Positions 49,969-63,897 of a stretch of DNA of 64,000 bases are shown in pieces. Origin of the DNA: Gekko japonicus (Eukaryota); the NCBI RefSeq assembly GCF_001447785.1, contig NW_015165238.1, forward strand, positions 343,633 to 407,632, given 5' to 3'. Below the pieces are notes generated by a model. That model was given only the letters and a program-made list of their open reading frames with translations. It searched no databases and was not told where the DNA came from. The number at the start of each line of letters is the position of its first letter. The stretch's first letter is position 1. Made by a program: the position numbers and the translations under genes.

Positions 49969-52256
49969 TACTCCCATCTCTTTAAGGACTTGCCATAGTT
50001 TGTTGTGGTTCACACAATCAAAGGCTTTAGTGTAGTCAATGAAGCAGAAGTAGATGTTTTTCTGGTACTCCCTTGCTCTCTCTATAATCCAGCAAATGTT
50101 GGCAATTGAATCTCTAGTTCCTCTACCTCTTTGAAACCCAGCTTGTATTTCTGGCAGTTCTCTATCCACGTACTGCTGAAGTCTAGCTTGTAGGATCTTG
50201 AGCATGAACTTGCTAGCGTGTAAAATGAGTGCAACTGTGAAATAGTTTGAACATTCCTTGGCATTGCTCTTCTTTGGGATTGGAATATAAACTGACCTTT
50301 TCCAATCCTGTGGCCACTGTTGTGTTTTCCAAATTTTGCTGGCATATGGAGTGTCACAATGTCACGAACCTCCATCCATAGTTCTTCAGGCACTCCGTCT
50401 ATCAAATCTAGTCCCTTAAACTTATTCTTCACCTCCACTGTATATTCATCAGGGATGTGATGTAGGTCAAACCTGAATGGCCTAGTGGTTTCCCCAACTT
50501 TCTTCAGTTTAAGCCTGAATTTTTCAACGAGTAGGTCATATCTGAGCCACAGTCAGCTCCGGGTCTTGTTTTTACTGACTGTATGGAGCTTCTCCATCTT
50601 TAACTACAAATTATATAATCAATCAGATTTTGATGTTGCCCTTTTGTTGATGTCAATTTGTAGAGTCGCCTCTTAGGTTGTTGGGAGAGGGTGCTTGCTA
50701 TGACCAGTGTGTTCTCTTGACAAAACTCTGTTAGCCTTTGCCCGGCTTCATTTTATTCTCTAATGCCAAACTTGTCCATTATTCCAGTTACCTTTTGACT
50801 TCCTACTTTAGCATTCCAGTCACCTATGATGATAAGGACTGTATTGTATCCCATTACTGCCTTTCTCACTCTCTTGTTGACTATAAAGGCCACACCATTT
50901 TTTCTATGGGATTCTTGGCCACAGTAGTAGATATAATTCACCCATTTCTTTACAGGCTTTACAGTCTGTGGCGGGTTGGCTTAGACTGAGTCGACTGAAG
51001 CTGAATCCAGCGAAGACAGAGGTCCTGTGCTTGAGTCGGGGCGGTGCGGGGGCAGGGGCGGGGATCCCACTTCCGAACTTCGGGGGGGCTCCATTGGTGC
51101 CAGCACAGGAGGTGCGGAGTTTGGGTGTCCTCCTGGATCCCTCCCTCACTATGGAGGCCCAGGTGGTGGCCACTGCCAGGTCGGCCTTTTACCATCTCAG
51201 GCTGATCATGCAGTTGGTTCCCTTCCTCGACAGCGCTGACCTAGCAACAGTGATCACCTCAAGACTAGACTACTGTAACACTCTCTACATGGGGCTGCCC
51301 TTGTCATGGATCCGGAAGCTGCAGCTGATGCAGAATGCCGCGGCCAGGCTGTTGATGGGCCTCCCTAGACAAGAGCACATCCAGCCTGTGCTGAGGACAC
51401 TGCACTGGCTGCCAATAGCATACCGAATCCGCTTCAAGGTGCTGGTTCTTACCTTTAAAGCCCTATATGGCCGAGGTCCGACATACCTAAGGGACCGCCT
51501 TTCCCCGTATATACCCCAGAGAGCACTATGGTCAGGATCTCAAAATCGGTTGATCCTCCCTGGCCCGAGGAAGGGCAAGCTAGCTATCACCAGGGCCGGA
51601 GCCTTTTCAATGGCGGCCCCTACCTGGTGGAACAAGCTCCCGGAGGAGATCAGGGCCCTGCGGGACCTCCTGCAGTTCCGCAGGGCCTGCAAGACGGAGC
51701 TCTTCTGCCAGGCATTTAGTTAGGGGCTGCCGCTACTGCAGGCCACTGCGGGCTCCTACTGCAGGCCGCTATAGCAGAGCCTGGCCTGTGGTCTTAACAT
51801 CTAACTGACTAAGAGCAGAAAACATCACGGAACATCTGGGCAGTGGAAATTTATTCCTGTAATATACCATCTAGATTAATTTAATCTGCCGCCAGCCCTT
51901 TGTATTTATAATGTTTTATTGTATGGTTAAATATTGTGTATTTTAATGTATTTATGCTTTTATGGAAGCCGCCCTGAGCCCGCTCGCGGGGAGGGTGGGG
52001 TATAAGTTTGATAAATAAATAAATAAATTCCCATCCACCTTAGTTCACTGATTCCCAAGATGTCAATTTTCAGTCTTGCCATCTCATTTTTGACCACATC
52101 AAGCTTACGTTGATTCATAGATCTTACTTTCCAGGTTCCTATGCAGCATTGTTCTTTGCAGCATTGAACTTTCCTTTCACTGCCAGACACATCCACAGCT
52201 GAATGTCCTTTCAGCTTTGGCCCAGCCACTTCATTCTTTCTGGGGTTACTTGAACT
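49969..52256 (-). mobile_element. RTE-BovB LINE remnant, internally deleted and interrupted by L2
   Basis: MLKILQARLQQYV...IQAGF..GRGTRD...CFIDYTKAFDCV (RT); IGTWKVRSMNQ...IDILGISELRW and YYCGQESHRKNGVA (APE). Confidence 0.92.
50947..52026 (+). mobile_element. 5'-truncated L2 LINE with open ORF2 end (50968-51723)
   Basis: LKLNPAKTE, SRLDYCN, LQLMQNAAARL, LHWLPI; (taaa)n tail. Confidence 0.93.
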
Positions 52257-53970
52257 GAATGCCATGTAAAAGGCTGGTTGTGGATCACCTAATGCAGGAA
52301 CCTGGGGCAGATTTCACCTTTCCTTACAATTTGTACTTAAAAATTGCAAGAAAAATCCTACTTCATATGTGTGCAATACAAACAGTACTGTAAAAACAAC
52401 AGGGAGGGAGGGAGAATGGAAACCACTGACAAAAGAAGTGAATCTAAAAAGAATATACAGAACATGTACTCATCCCTGTCTTGACAGCTACTTCTGTCTT
52501 TTGTCTTCCCTCCACCTCTCTGACCTCTCCTACTAAATGTTGAATACACTGGAACTAGTGGGATGACTGCAGGCTAACTTGGCTTCTTACATGTGCTAGA
52601 ACATAGGGTTGTCAACTATGGCTTGAAAAATTTCTGGAGATTTGGGGTTGGTACCTGTGGAGGGAATTCAGCCAGAATGAGAAGCCATGGAGTCTGCCTT
52701 CCAAATCTATCATTTCCTCCAGGGGAACTGATCTCTATTGTGTGCAAATCAGTTTTAATTCCAGAAGAACTCCAGATCCCACCTGGAGATTGGTAATCAT
52801 CGGTGTACTTTCAAGATCCACAAGAACTCAGGAGTAGCCTGTGAACTTGTCATTACATTAGGAGATAGATTCATGGTTTTTACCCTCCTTTCTTGCCAGG
52901 GAGGGTTATCATACTTGAGATCTTCTGCCATCTGATGCAGGATTGACTTAGCAATATCATCACAGAGAAAAAGCCTGTTTATCAGTTTGAAATTGGAAGC
53001 AGGTGGACTTCTTGAATGAATAAAAAACTGGAATTGAAATATTTTAAAATATTTTTCTATTTAGTATATGTTATATCTGTACTTTGCCTATTAAAATTCT
53101 AATTCTAAATTTTGCTTACTATTTAGCCACAAAAATGACTAATTTTCCATAGATAGGTATCTCTATTGTTCCTAGAAAATATAGGAACTGAAGCTTAGAG
53201 GGATATATTGCCAAGACGAAAGGTGCATGAGAAACAGGTTTATTTGTTAAAAATGCTGATGAAAAACAAACTCAAAGAGGCACTAGGTTTATATTATGCT
53301 GAAATCAATGCAACTGGGAACAAATGTGAAGTCTCTTGCTGCATTTAAGCCATTTGTTTAGGCTTGGCTATTATACAGGTACTGTGTCACTTCGGCAGCT
53401 AAAATATAACCTGTTCAGCTGAGCCAGGGCAAGACAAAACTACTCTGCCATCTGTCAAATGAGTAACTGAGGATTATTTTAAGGTTTTATTGGCTCTTTA
53501 TCTTTCCCTGAATTGTTCCCTGTCACCTTCACCTGATCTGTAGTGCACAGCTTCTTCACCTTTTCCAGCTTATATTAGCTTTCAGGGAGAAAGAGGTGCT
53601 CCCCCACCTCAAACAGGGGTCTTCAGTTAGGCAAGATCCATGTGCAAATAGGACTTCTACACTAGCAAACTCATTTAATTGATCAATGAACAGAGAAGGA
53701 TGAGCTTCAACATATACCATTAATATCTGAAAGATTTCTCGGTGCAGTGTCATATTATTGACAGCCCAAATCAGGCTACAGCTGCATTCCAACTGGAAAG
53801 TTTATTACAGTAGTACTTGTGGAGTGCTGGTATCATTGGATGCGACCAAAAAAAAGATCTTTGGATTCTAGATATTATTGAATGTTTAATTTCTCTCCCT
53901 CTCCATTTATGCTTCAGGGATATTTCAGAGTCTTATTGGATCTCAATATAACCTTCTGATTGGTTGGGAA

Positions 53971-54337
53971 TGTAATGTATTCTTAGCTGCCATGAGTACA
54001 TTAGGATGTATGGGAAACCTCCCATAGGGAAGCAATGTTAAGCTTCGTCTTGGACAGAGGATTCTAGTCCAAGACTCACGACCCAATCACATTAAAGCAA
54101 GCTGCAAGCGGGAACGTTTGTGATTGGTCCTTATGCGCTCAACCTGATAGGTTGTTATGTGTATAGTGGGAGTGGCTATGTTAGCCGGGAATGTTTAAAT
54201 ACCGGGCAGTTTCAATGGGCAAACTGTTCGGGCTATCAGATGTTGTACCGTGTCGAAGAAGTGAAGAAAGAGCTGAATAAACTTGAGTCTTTTACTGAAA
54301 TCACTCTCCGACTCATTGTTAAGCGCCGGACTTAACA
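53971..54337 (+). mobile_element. Solo LTR (367 bp), probably Ty3/Gypsy type
   Basis: TGT...ACA termini, perfect 5-bp TSD gggaa, CCAAT and TATA-like motifs, AATAAA. Confidence 0.88.
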
Positions 54338-54342
54338 GGGAA

Positions 54343-55090
54343 CTTTTATTATTTTAATGTTTTTTTAATAATTACAAACCACAAACAGAAAGGGGGTGAA
54401 TAAAAACTGTTATAACAATGGGGGCAAGTCTACACATAAACATCTATAAAAGGTTTCCAAATATCTAAAAATATGTCCATACCTAGTTGTTGTCTATATG
54501 CCACATGTTCAAATGTTGATAAGGCTGTAAGGTCCTCAATCCATTCAGTTATAGTAGGTGGGCATTTATCTCTCCAATGTTGTAATATAAGTCTTTTAGG
54601 AACAGTAAGTTAGGGCTGCCAGGCCACACCGATCAGTTGGCCAGTGACTTACTGGCAGTGGGGGCGGCTAGGCCAGCATCACAGCAACATCGTCAGCAAC
54701 ATGGCAACGTCACTTCTGGCATGTACCAGAAGTGACATCATTGCATCACCAGCAATGCAGGATGTTCTGGTGTTTTGGCAAAAACTATGGTAAAAACAGA
54801 GTTTTTGCTCAAATACCAGAGCATCTCCATGTCACCAGTTACACAAAGACACACCAGAAGTGACATCATCGCTGCAACACCAACCTAGGCCTTCCCTCAC
54901 TGCCGATAAGTCTCTCTTTCTCCCACCATTTTCCTGGAGGGACTGGCAACCTTACAGAGGGTCCATTTTCATTGACCATCAGTTAGCCTCTTGAGAGACA
55001 GGCAAATAGTTTAAAAGTACATAAGCTATACTCAAAAAAATCAATTAATATTACTTTCGACCAAATAACTGGATGTGCTCAAAGCATATG
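54343..55090 (-). mobile_element. Degraded L1-like 3' fragment interrupted by a hAT MITE (54611-54954)
   Basis: Minus-strand KRLILQHWRDKCPPTITEWIEDL motif. Confidence 0.65.
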
Positions 55091-55448
55091 TTTAGGAGAT
55101 GCATCTGGCTGGGAACTGTTACATAAAAGTCTTCCTGAGTCAGTTCAGCCTTTGTCCTGCATATGGGCTTCTTGCCCGTTTACACTGTAGCTATCAGATC
55201 AGCTTGATGTTTCTGCCTCCATTTCCTATTATGTCTGTCTTATTTTTCTGGAAAACATTTAGTTGCTTCTATCAACCAGTGGAAAAAATTAACAGTGAGT
55301 GAAAAGTTGCTGGACATCAGCTGATTTCACAAAAGTGGGCTCCATACTCATCAAATCTAGTGAATACTTTATGTGCTTTAATCCAGTCTCTCCTGGTTAC
55401 ACTGACAGGGACAAAAACAGCCCATCTCCCAAGAAGTGTGTGTGTTCG

Positions 55449-55658
55449 GGGGGAAGCAAGCAACTGCCCATGGGTTGTTTTGGGAACCAGCCAGCTTGCC
55501 TGCCAGTGCAGTGGCAGCTTACTAGCTACTGCACTGGCTACTCACATCTCCCAAGAAGGGGGGGGAAGCAAGCCAACTGCCCATGGGTCATTTTGGGAAC
55601 CAGCCAGCTTGCCTGCCACTGCAGTGACAGCTTACTAGCTACTGCACTGGCTACTCAC
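55449..55658. repeat. ~110-bp tandem duplication
   Basis: ggggaagcaagc...ctactgcactggctactcac occurs twice. Confidence 0.9.
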
Positions 55659-58600
55659 TTGGGCTGACAGCCTGCAGCAGTGGCAGCTGATCATCCATTA
55701 GTTGTGGGGGTGCCCCCCCAGGCTGTTGACCCACCAGGACTTTCCCCAGTGACCTTAATGGGCAATCCGCCCTGCTGATGGGAACAAGCACCATAATGCC
55801 CTGAATACATTCAGTCACAGAAAGAGCTTGTTTACAGGGATACGGTATAATGGGTATACACATAGCCTCAGCACAACCTGTAAGGATACTTTTAGAATCA
55901 CAGGTGCACTGGCTTTTCCAAAAGGAAAACTAAGTTTATGCCTTAGGCATTGAATATTTGCATGAATGCAGTTTTCAGATACACCATTGGTCTTCTGGAC
56001 AGGAGTAAAGATGTTTAAGAAAGAACAAAATATAATAGTTACAGAAGAGTTAAAGGTTTTTTTCTTATGAACAGAATGAGACATTGAGGAGGAACTGATA
56101 AAATAATAGCGGACAGTTGTGACAGCAAGAATCTACGATTTAAAAGCTGTGCTTCAGAAAATCTAATGCAAGATATCTGGAGTTTTGTCTTGGAAGTCTT
56201 TTTTTAATGCATTGTCCACATACAACTGCCTTTTAGTGAGTCAGATCACTGGTCCATCAACCCAGTCTACTTGTACTTTAGCAGCTACTTTTCAATCTCT
56301 CTGACAGAAAGAGGTCTTTTCTACCCTGCTATCTGGGATTCTTTCAAGTGGAGACACAAAGGATGGAAGTGTGCTCTACTAATGAGCCATGACCTCTTCC
56401 CCTTCTCTGATTCTTAGGGCTATGTGTGTGTTTTCTCCAGAAAATTATCAAGAAAGCATGCATTTGTCTTTGTAAGTGTATAAATACAGGCAGCATATTT
56501 CCTATAGGCAAGGAGCATTTCTTTTGATGAGAACAAAGTGTCTCTTGTCCCTTAGCAAAGCGAAACTATAACAATCGAGAGGCAAGCAAAGGAGCTTGCA
56601 GTGCTACCTGCCAGATGCCACATTTGGAAATCCATCTGTTCTACTTCAGGACACATTGCTGTTGTACAGAGCAACATGTAAAACCCAGGAGTTTTGGCTG
56701 AATGACATACACGTTCCCTTCCATGGATAATTTTTCCCTCTTTGAAACGCTAGGGGAAAATATTGGCAGACAGCCGGGAAGTGGTTTGTTGTTTTTTTAA
56801 ACTGCCCCCCCCCCTGCAGAAGAAAGTACTCGATGCAAAAAAATTGGCATTTAGCATGCCACCCAGGAAAAAGCCAGGGAAGGTAGATATTTCAAAAGCC
56901 CATGAAGGAGGATACAAATATAAGCATTTGGCAGATTGCAGTACTCATTGTCCAGATACAGGTATGTAGTGACTGGGGGGAGCAAAAATTTCATGGGAAA
57001 GCTGGCACAGAACTGCAAAGGTCCTGTTTTGACAGAGAGCTTCACACAATCCCAGTTAATATTTTATCAGACAATCAAAATCGTAGATCAGGAAGGGGAA
57101 GTGGGAAAATCAGTTTCCTTGGAACAATAAGGTTCAACAACAAATGGTAAAAAAAGATGGTGAGGTGAATACTGAAACCATAAAGTATCTTTGTATGATG
57201 TTGGATTGTTGTTTACAAAGTATGTATTTTATCCTTCCATAAATCTAATCAGGCAGCAGTGTGGTTTGAATCCAGGCCTCTTATTTATGAGACAAATGCC
57301 CTAGCCAGTCATTTGCAGTAACAAACATTAAAGAAACATTGCTGGAAGTGAAGTCACAGTACACTTTATTTAAAACTCTGACCTTCTGTAAATGTTATGT
57401 TGATGTTCTGTTCATACTGCATGGGAGCTGGCCAGCTGTGCATTTTGGGAATGCAATTCATACCATCATTGTGTCATGTGAATTGGACAGTGCATGGATT
57501 TTCCATGCAAGAAAAGGTCCCCATGCACTGGTTCATATGAGTGGAAGCTATAGCCATATGAAAAATCCATGCATTATCCAAGTAACATGAACTGGGAGCT
57601 GTGCTTACTGGGTGCATTGTGGGGACCTGTGTACTCATGGTAAGCATGGGTGGCCAGCTTTCACTCTGCATGAATGCAACATCAATGTGATGTCTGTAGA
57701 GCACTTCTGGCTTCCGAACATGTAGAGTTGGGGTATCATCTGGCTCTTCACTATTCAGCATAATGATAAAAGTATTTCAGTATTCCACAGAAAATGTTTC
57801 ATTTTCCAGTTTAATGCAGAACCCATTTGATATATTTGCAGTGTAAATGGTGTTCTTGGATGCTATTGTTGTTCGTGCAAGGTGCATCTAATTACTTCTG
57901 AAGCTGCAAAGAGAGCTGTTTTGTAACAAAAGGAAATTGGCACTTTCTCAGTCAAAGAGATTACCTTTCTCTGCAACGTTTTGTGTTGCTGAAATTACTA
58001 CTAAATTGCAATTTGTCATGGGTTTTCTGTTTCTGAGCTGTCAGAGGAGCTAGTTCCAGAGTGCTATAGGAGAAAATGTGAGCCCCCCCCAAGTCATGCA
58101 TTTATGAGACAAATAACGTCTATATTAATAATAAAATACCCTATGGTTTTAAGGTATTGAGAGGCACCTGCTTTAAAACCTTGGTATTCAGATCAATATA
58201 CCATGCTCAGCTCTGTACAAGACAACATGTTCCCTCCACAAACAATCACAGTAGTGGTGTACTTTATTGATGTCCCGTAATATCAGGGAAATGAAAGTAT
58301 AATTTTCTTCAGCATAGAAAACATAATAACTAAAATGAGCCGAATAGTTATGTTCAAAAGAGATCTGTCTTTTAAAAATACCAATAAATGCCTGTTCAGT
58401 CTGCATGCTGAATTTCTTATAATTGACTAATTTACGAATGTACACGTTTCCCCATGGTCCTTTTATTTTCCTGGCATTTCTCTCAACGCAACATTCCACT
58501 CTTCCTTAATTCCAGTGTAACTAAAAGACAGTCTAAAATGAATTCCAGCAACGAATCATGCACAGTTTGCTGCTGCTCCATTCCTTTGCATCTCCCTCAT

Positions 58601-59089
58601 CCTTCATAGTACCGTAAGCTTCACTGCCAGCTCGGAGGGAGAGGAAATCGAGCCACTTCCCTTCAGCCTACATCTCACCACTTCAAAAATGTTAAATTAA
58701 TCTGTCCCCCCTTTTCATATGGATGACCAGGCTTGAATAATGACTTTATGGAGGTGTTTCTATCAAACCAATAGTTTATTACGTTGTTTGTTTCTGTAAT
58801 TTACAGCCCTATTTTTCCTCTATGAAGCCCTGGATATCTAAATCTATAAAACCATTAATTGAAATAACTCTAAAATCCATTCAAGTACAATAACAAATGA
58901 CATATGCTAAATCAAAGGAAAAATGACCCAGTTAGTATAGTTCAAGGAAGAGTTCTGGTTCATAAAAGCTTGGATGAATAAAAATGCATTTTCTTTCTGA
59001 TTAGTTCTAATGCTTTAGGAGGGATGCCATGCCACCTTCTTTTTGTGACTCAATTTCATACAATAAAATGAAATTGCTGGGTGGGCAGA

Positions 59090-60019
59090 AGAAGCAGGGC
59101 GGGGTGGGTGAGGGGCCTGTGAAAGCTTTCCCCATCCGTCCAGATTCCTGGGTTGGTGGGAGAAGCGGGGCGGGGGGGGGCTGTGAAAACTTCGCCCAGC
59201 CATCCACACTNNNNNNNNNNNNNNNNNNNNNNNNNNNNNNNNNNNNNNNNNNNNNNNNNNNNNNNNNNNNNNNNNNNNNNNNNNNNNNNNNNNNNNNNNN
59301 NNNNNNNNNNNNNNNNNNNNNNNNNNNNNNNNNNNNNNNNNNNNNNNNNNNNNNNNNNNNNNNNNNNNNNNNNNNNNNNNNNNNNNNNNNNNNNNNNNNN
59401 NNNNNNNNNNNNNNNNNNNNNNNNNNNNNNNNNNNNNNNNNNNNNNNNNNNNNNACAGTTCAGGAAGGGGGGAGAAGGAAGCGGCGACCCTGGGCCTGGT
59501 GAGACCCAGAGAAGCCACGGCCAAGGATCGGGGGGAGAAGGAAGTGGTGACACTGGACCTAGCAGGGCCCAGGGTAGCCACGGTGAGAGTTTGGGACGGG
59601 AGGGATGGAAGCGGCGACCCTGGGCCTAGTAGGGCCCAGGAGAGCTGTGGCCATGGAGTGGGGGGGTGAGAAGGAAGGCAGGGCCCAGAGAAGCCGCGGG
59701 ACTGGTGGGAGGGGGGGAAGAGGGGAGAAGCGACTGTGGGCCTGGCAGGGCCCAGAGCGGGTACAGGACTGGTGGAGGGGTCCCCGGCTTGCCTGCCTTG
59801 GCCTTAAGGGCCTGTCCCTGCGCTTACCCTGGAGATGGTCCTGACCTGTCCGAGGACCAGAGCAAAGTGAGCTGAATATGCTGGCCGGGGCTGATGTGGG
59901 CAGGACTCTGTAAAACAGCCAGCCAACCCAGCCAGCATCTTCTGACTGGCAGTTCTTGCGGCCATCCACTGTTGGTGCGCATTGAACGTTGGACACGAAA
60001 ATGGCTTTATATATAAGGA
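59090..60019 (-). repeat. GC-rich minisatellite-bearing element, possibly Helitron-like
   Basis: Repeated gaaggaagcggcgaccctgggcct units; minus-strand TCCTTATATATAAAG terminus; other end obscured by a gap. Confidence 0.4.
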
Positions 60020-60399
60020 CAGGATTGTATTGTTCTGATTTTATTTAATTCTTATTTTAATTGTTTTATATTTTCTGTGTAAGCCACCCTGAGCCTGCCT
60101 TGGTGGGGAGGGTGGGACATAAATTAAATAAATAAATAAAATAAAAAATAATAAAGGGAGCTCCTGTAGCTTTCAGAAATGGATGCCCTCAGTGGCCATT
60201 GCTAGGCAACAACAATATTGTCAGCCTTCAAGCTTTGTTTTCTGTCAGCTATCAGGGCTCTTTCTAGGGTGGTTTTGGCCTTTGCAGGATGACTTACCAG
60301 GGCCAGGTCCACCAGCAACCACTGGATGACTTGCTAACACATGACTTGCATGACTCACCCAGGTCCAGCTGCTTCTACTATTCAACAGCAGCCACCCAT

Positions 60400-60596
60400 G
60401 AAAGCCAGTGTAGTGCAGTAGTTAGAGATTTAGACTAGGATCTGGGAGACAAATTGAATCCCAAGTCTGCTGTGGAAGCTCACTGGGTGACTCTGGGCCA
60501 GTCACAAACTCTCATCTTTAACCTACCTTACAGGGTTGTTGTGAAGATACAATGGAGCAGAGGAGAATTATGCAAGCTGCTTTGGGTTCCCATTGG
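60400..60596 (+). mobile_element. Squam3-like SINE
   Basis: tRNA-like head and body ctgggtgactctgggccagtcac...cttacagggttgttgtg. Confidence 0.72.
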
Positions 60597-61628
60597 ACAT
60601 CACCACCATTTTACAGCTGAACTCAGACCATTTAAAAATGCCATGAGGGCCCAATCCTGATTGGGCAAACAGTGCGGTGGGACCAAGTATTCTTGCCCCT
60701 CCCCCCAGAACTTTTCAGATGGTCTCAGCTCAGCTGTAAAATGCGGGCAGCTTCCACAAGTAGGATCCATGGACACCATAATGTCTAGTTGTGCCCTCAG
60801 TCTTTAAGACACTACAAGACTCCTGTCTATTTTTTGCTTCCACAGACAAACATCGCTCCATCTCAAGTTATCAATGAATGTATAAATTAACTGTATCAGG
60901 ACTCTAGAAGGTTTGTCAGAACATGTATCTTAACTGCAGCTACACAACACAGACAGCAGCAAAATACAAGAAGAGCACTGCTGGATCAGACCAAGATCCT
61001 TATGATCCAGTATCTTGTTTCTAAGTATGGCCAGCCAAATGTTTTCTTGTTGTCTACAAGCCGGGTTTGAATACAACATCCCTCCTCTGGTGCTTTGTCT
61101 CCTCACCTGTATTCTGTGTTATATTGCTCTGAGTTAGCCCTGTCTCTGGAAAATGACTAAGCCCTATCTCTTCCCCTACCAATAATTTGTCACCCCTCCC
61201 TCAACAATAACCTTTCACCACTCCCAATTTCAATTACTCTCCCTACCTCTTTCCCACCAAAACCCTCAAATCTTGGTTCATCATTCCTCAGTACAAGTTT
61301 CCCATGATCAATGTCACATGTAACTAGGAGTATGTTTACAAGTCTGTGAGAGCCGCTTCATATGGTTTACATGGGCAACTGCCTTCAAGCAGTATAGCAG
61401 TACAACCAGTATAGCTTCCCTAGTAAGAGTTACATACATACACATGTTGTTTCTGTGTCATTGTATGTATTTTAGCTCTGCTTTAACAATGAGTGGTTTG
61501 GGGGGGTTGTTTTTAAAATGATTTTATTATCTTAGCCACCATGGTGCCCTTATGAGAAAGGTGAGACAAACATTTTGTAAAATAAATAAATATTATAACA
61601 TTATATTATAATGCATGTATATATTTTA

Positions 61629-62738
61629 TTAGCCTGATACCCGTGCTTCACTATGGTATTTAAGTTCCGTAAATCCAGTTATAATACTGATGATGTGAAG
61701 TCTGAAATGTAACATTTGTTGTGGGAATTCTAATGGAGAAGATTGTAGGTTAAAAAAAGAAGTGAGACCGCTAAGGTGATCCTGCTGGGGTGGTGTCCCT
61801 GATGGATTAAAGTACCCAGGTCCTGCTCCTACACCTGACAGACACCCGCCTGTCTGGTGTTGGGGGGGATCATGTTTAAAGGCATCAGGGAGACTGGGCC
61901 AGCAGCAGGGCTAAGGCAATCTTGCTGAGCAAACCTCTCCAGTGGCTGTAAGCATCCACCTCATCTCCTACACCTGATAGGCAGCTGCCTGTCCAATGTG
62001 GGAGGGGGAGGAGTATTAGAAGCCACTGCAGAGGCGAGCTGGCAGGACCACTAAGGCATTACTGCTGGGACAGGCTCCCTCATGGCTTTAAGCACCCTGC
62101 AACCACTGCTGCACTTGACAGACAACCGCCTGTTAGTGTAGGAGGTGGGGGGAGTGTGTTGGAAGCTATCAGAGAGGCCGGGCCAGTGTAGCATGGGGAG
62201 GGGGGAGAAGTATTAGAAGCCACTGTGGAGGCACGGCTGGCAAGATCACTAAGGCATTACTGCTGGTGCAGGTTTCTTTGTGGCTTTAAGCACCCTGCAC
62301 CTGAAAGACAACTGCCTGTTAGGTGTAGGAGGTGGGTGGAGTGTGTTGGAAGCCATCAGAGAAGCTGTGCCAGCAGCATTACTGCACCTCACTGGAGGTT
62401 GTTGGCCATTCCTGATTTCCTCAACCATCGTTAGCTCTGTGCAGTCTCCCATAACTGTTTTTTTTAAACTTCAGAATGCTGAGCTCTGCAGCTGACCAAT
62501 CAGAGAGTGGGGGGGGGGTTGCAAAGAGGCAGCAGCGTGGCAGCCACTTAGGAATCAATGGGGGGAGCACATTTTACCCCTGTTGATCCCTTTAGGGGTC
62601 GAATTTTTAAAAATCCCTTCTTAGTGTGCATCTACGTCATGGTAGGAGCGTTATCCCCAAATTTTGTGTTTCTAAGGTCCAGGGGTTTGGCCTGGGCATT
62701 GATTTTACAGTGAGGGGACTTTCTTTTTTATATATAGA
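61629..62738 (-). mobile_element. Non-autonomous Helitron with internal ~140-bp tandem repeats
   Basis: Minus strand: A|TCTATATATAAAAA 5' end; 3' degenerate hairpin ccatagtgaagcacggg followed by CTAA|T; no TSD. Confidence 0.82.
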
Positions 62739-62743
62739 TGCAT

Positions 62744-63897
62744 GTATATTACGAAGCTCCTGGTGACCCGGCAACGCCAGTGGTTGCCAGGGGCTATTTT
62801 GCTGCCCTGAGGAAGATGGGCAGCAACAGAGACATGACACCTGGCGTTGTGACATCGGCAGGGGGCAGAGCTGACTTAGATAAACTGCCAGGCTCCGCTC
62901 CCACCCGATGACAGTTGGTCCAATGACAAAGACATTGTGCTACGAGTGGAAACTGACCTTGCAATGATAACAGCAAGGTGGCCCGGAGTACAGATAGGTT
63001 GGCTATTCTGCTTTGCTATGAATGACAAAGACTGGTGCTACGAGTGAGACTGGCCTTGCGATGATAAGAGCAAGGTGGCCTAGAGTGCAGATATTCTGGT
63101 TGGCTACTCTGAATCACCATCAGGGCAGGGCCCTGGTGTTACAAGTGGAGGCTGACCTTGCGATGATAAGAGCAAGGTGGCACGATAGTGCAGATAGTGG
63201 GGTTGGTTATTCTGCCCTGCCAGGTATGGCACAAGGTAGAGAACCCCGCTGGGCTTAAAGCCACCTGCCAGGTGAAGAAGGCCATCGAGGGTGGTGGAGT
63301 TCCAGGAACTGTATAGGCTAGGGTGGTGGAGTTCCAGGAACTGTATAGGGATGATGGAGCAATGGGTTAATTTTGCAGGACTTGCGACAAGGGATTAGGT
63401 CAGCCTTGGGCTTTTGGTGGGAAGCAAAGACCAAAGCAGAGGCTTGGTCTTGGCTGTGGCAGGTTGGTGCGGGCAAGAAACCGGAACCAGTGAGCACCTT
63501 GCGGCATTTTCCCCATTAGGGAACAGGGGGTCATCAGGAACTGCCTTCAGATTTCGAAGGTCCAAGGTGGGGAATGGTGATCACCTCCTCTGGGAACCTC
63601 TTAGGCTATGCTCCTCCCTGCAAGTTGGAAGGCTTCAAAGGTAGGCGCTCCTAGGTGGCGACCAGTTTGCTGGGCTGCCGGTCCCGAGCCAGACCGATGG
63701 CTCAAAACCGGAGCTGGGTGACCCGCCCGAGAAAAGGGCAAGGAGGTTGGTCAAAGGAATGACACCTGCCTTCCCTGTTCCGTGCTCGCTTAGCTGGTCC
63801 CTTGCCGCAATGTTATTTTAAATAGTTAATAAAGTGGCCCTTGTTTACTTCCAAACTGTTGTCTGTCTCATTATTCTGACTGGGGGAGCAAAGTACA
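62744..63897 (+). mobile_element. Probable solo LTR with internal repeats
   Basis: CpG-rich; three accttgcgatgataagagcaaggtggc-like repeats, a 31-bp tandem duplication, AATAAA, ends ...gtaca; TSD not convincing. Confidence 0.55.

Noticed and set aside
58188-58499. 103-aa minus-strand ORF and other short ORFs in 55000-59000
   Set aside because: No recognisable domain or convincing exon structure
61771-62390. CRISPR-like or spacer-bearing array
   Set aside because: Eukaryotic DNA; degenerate tandem units without unique spacers, inside a Helitron
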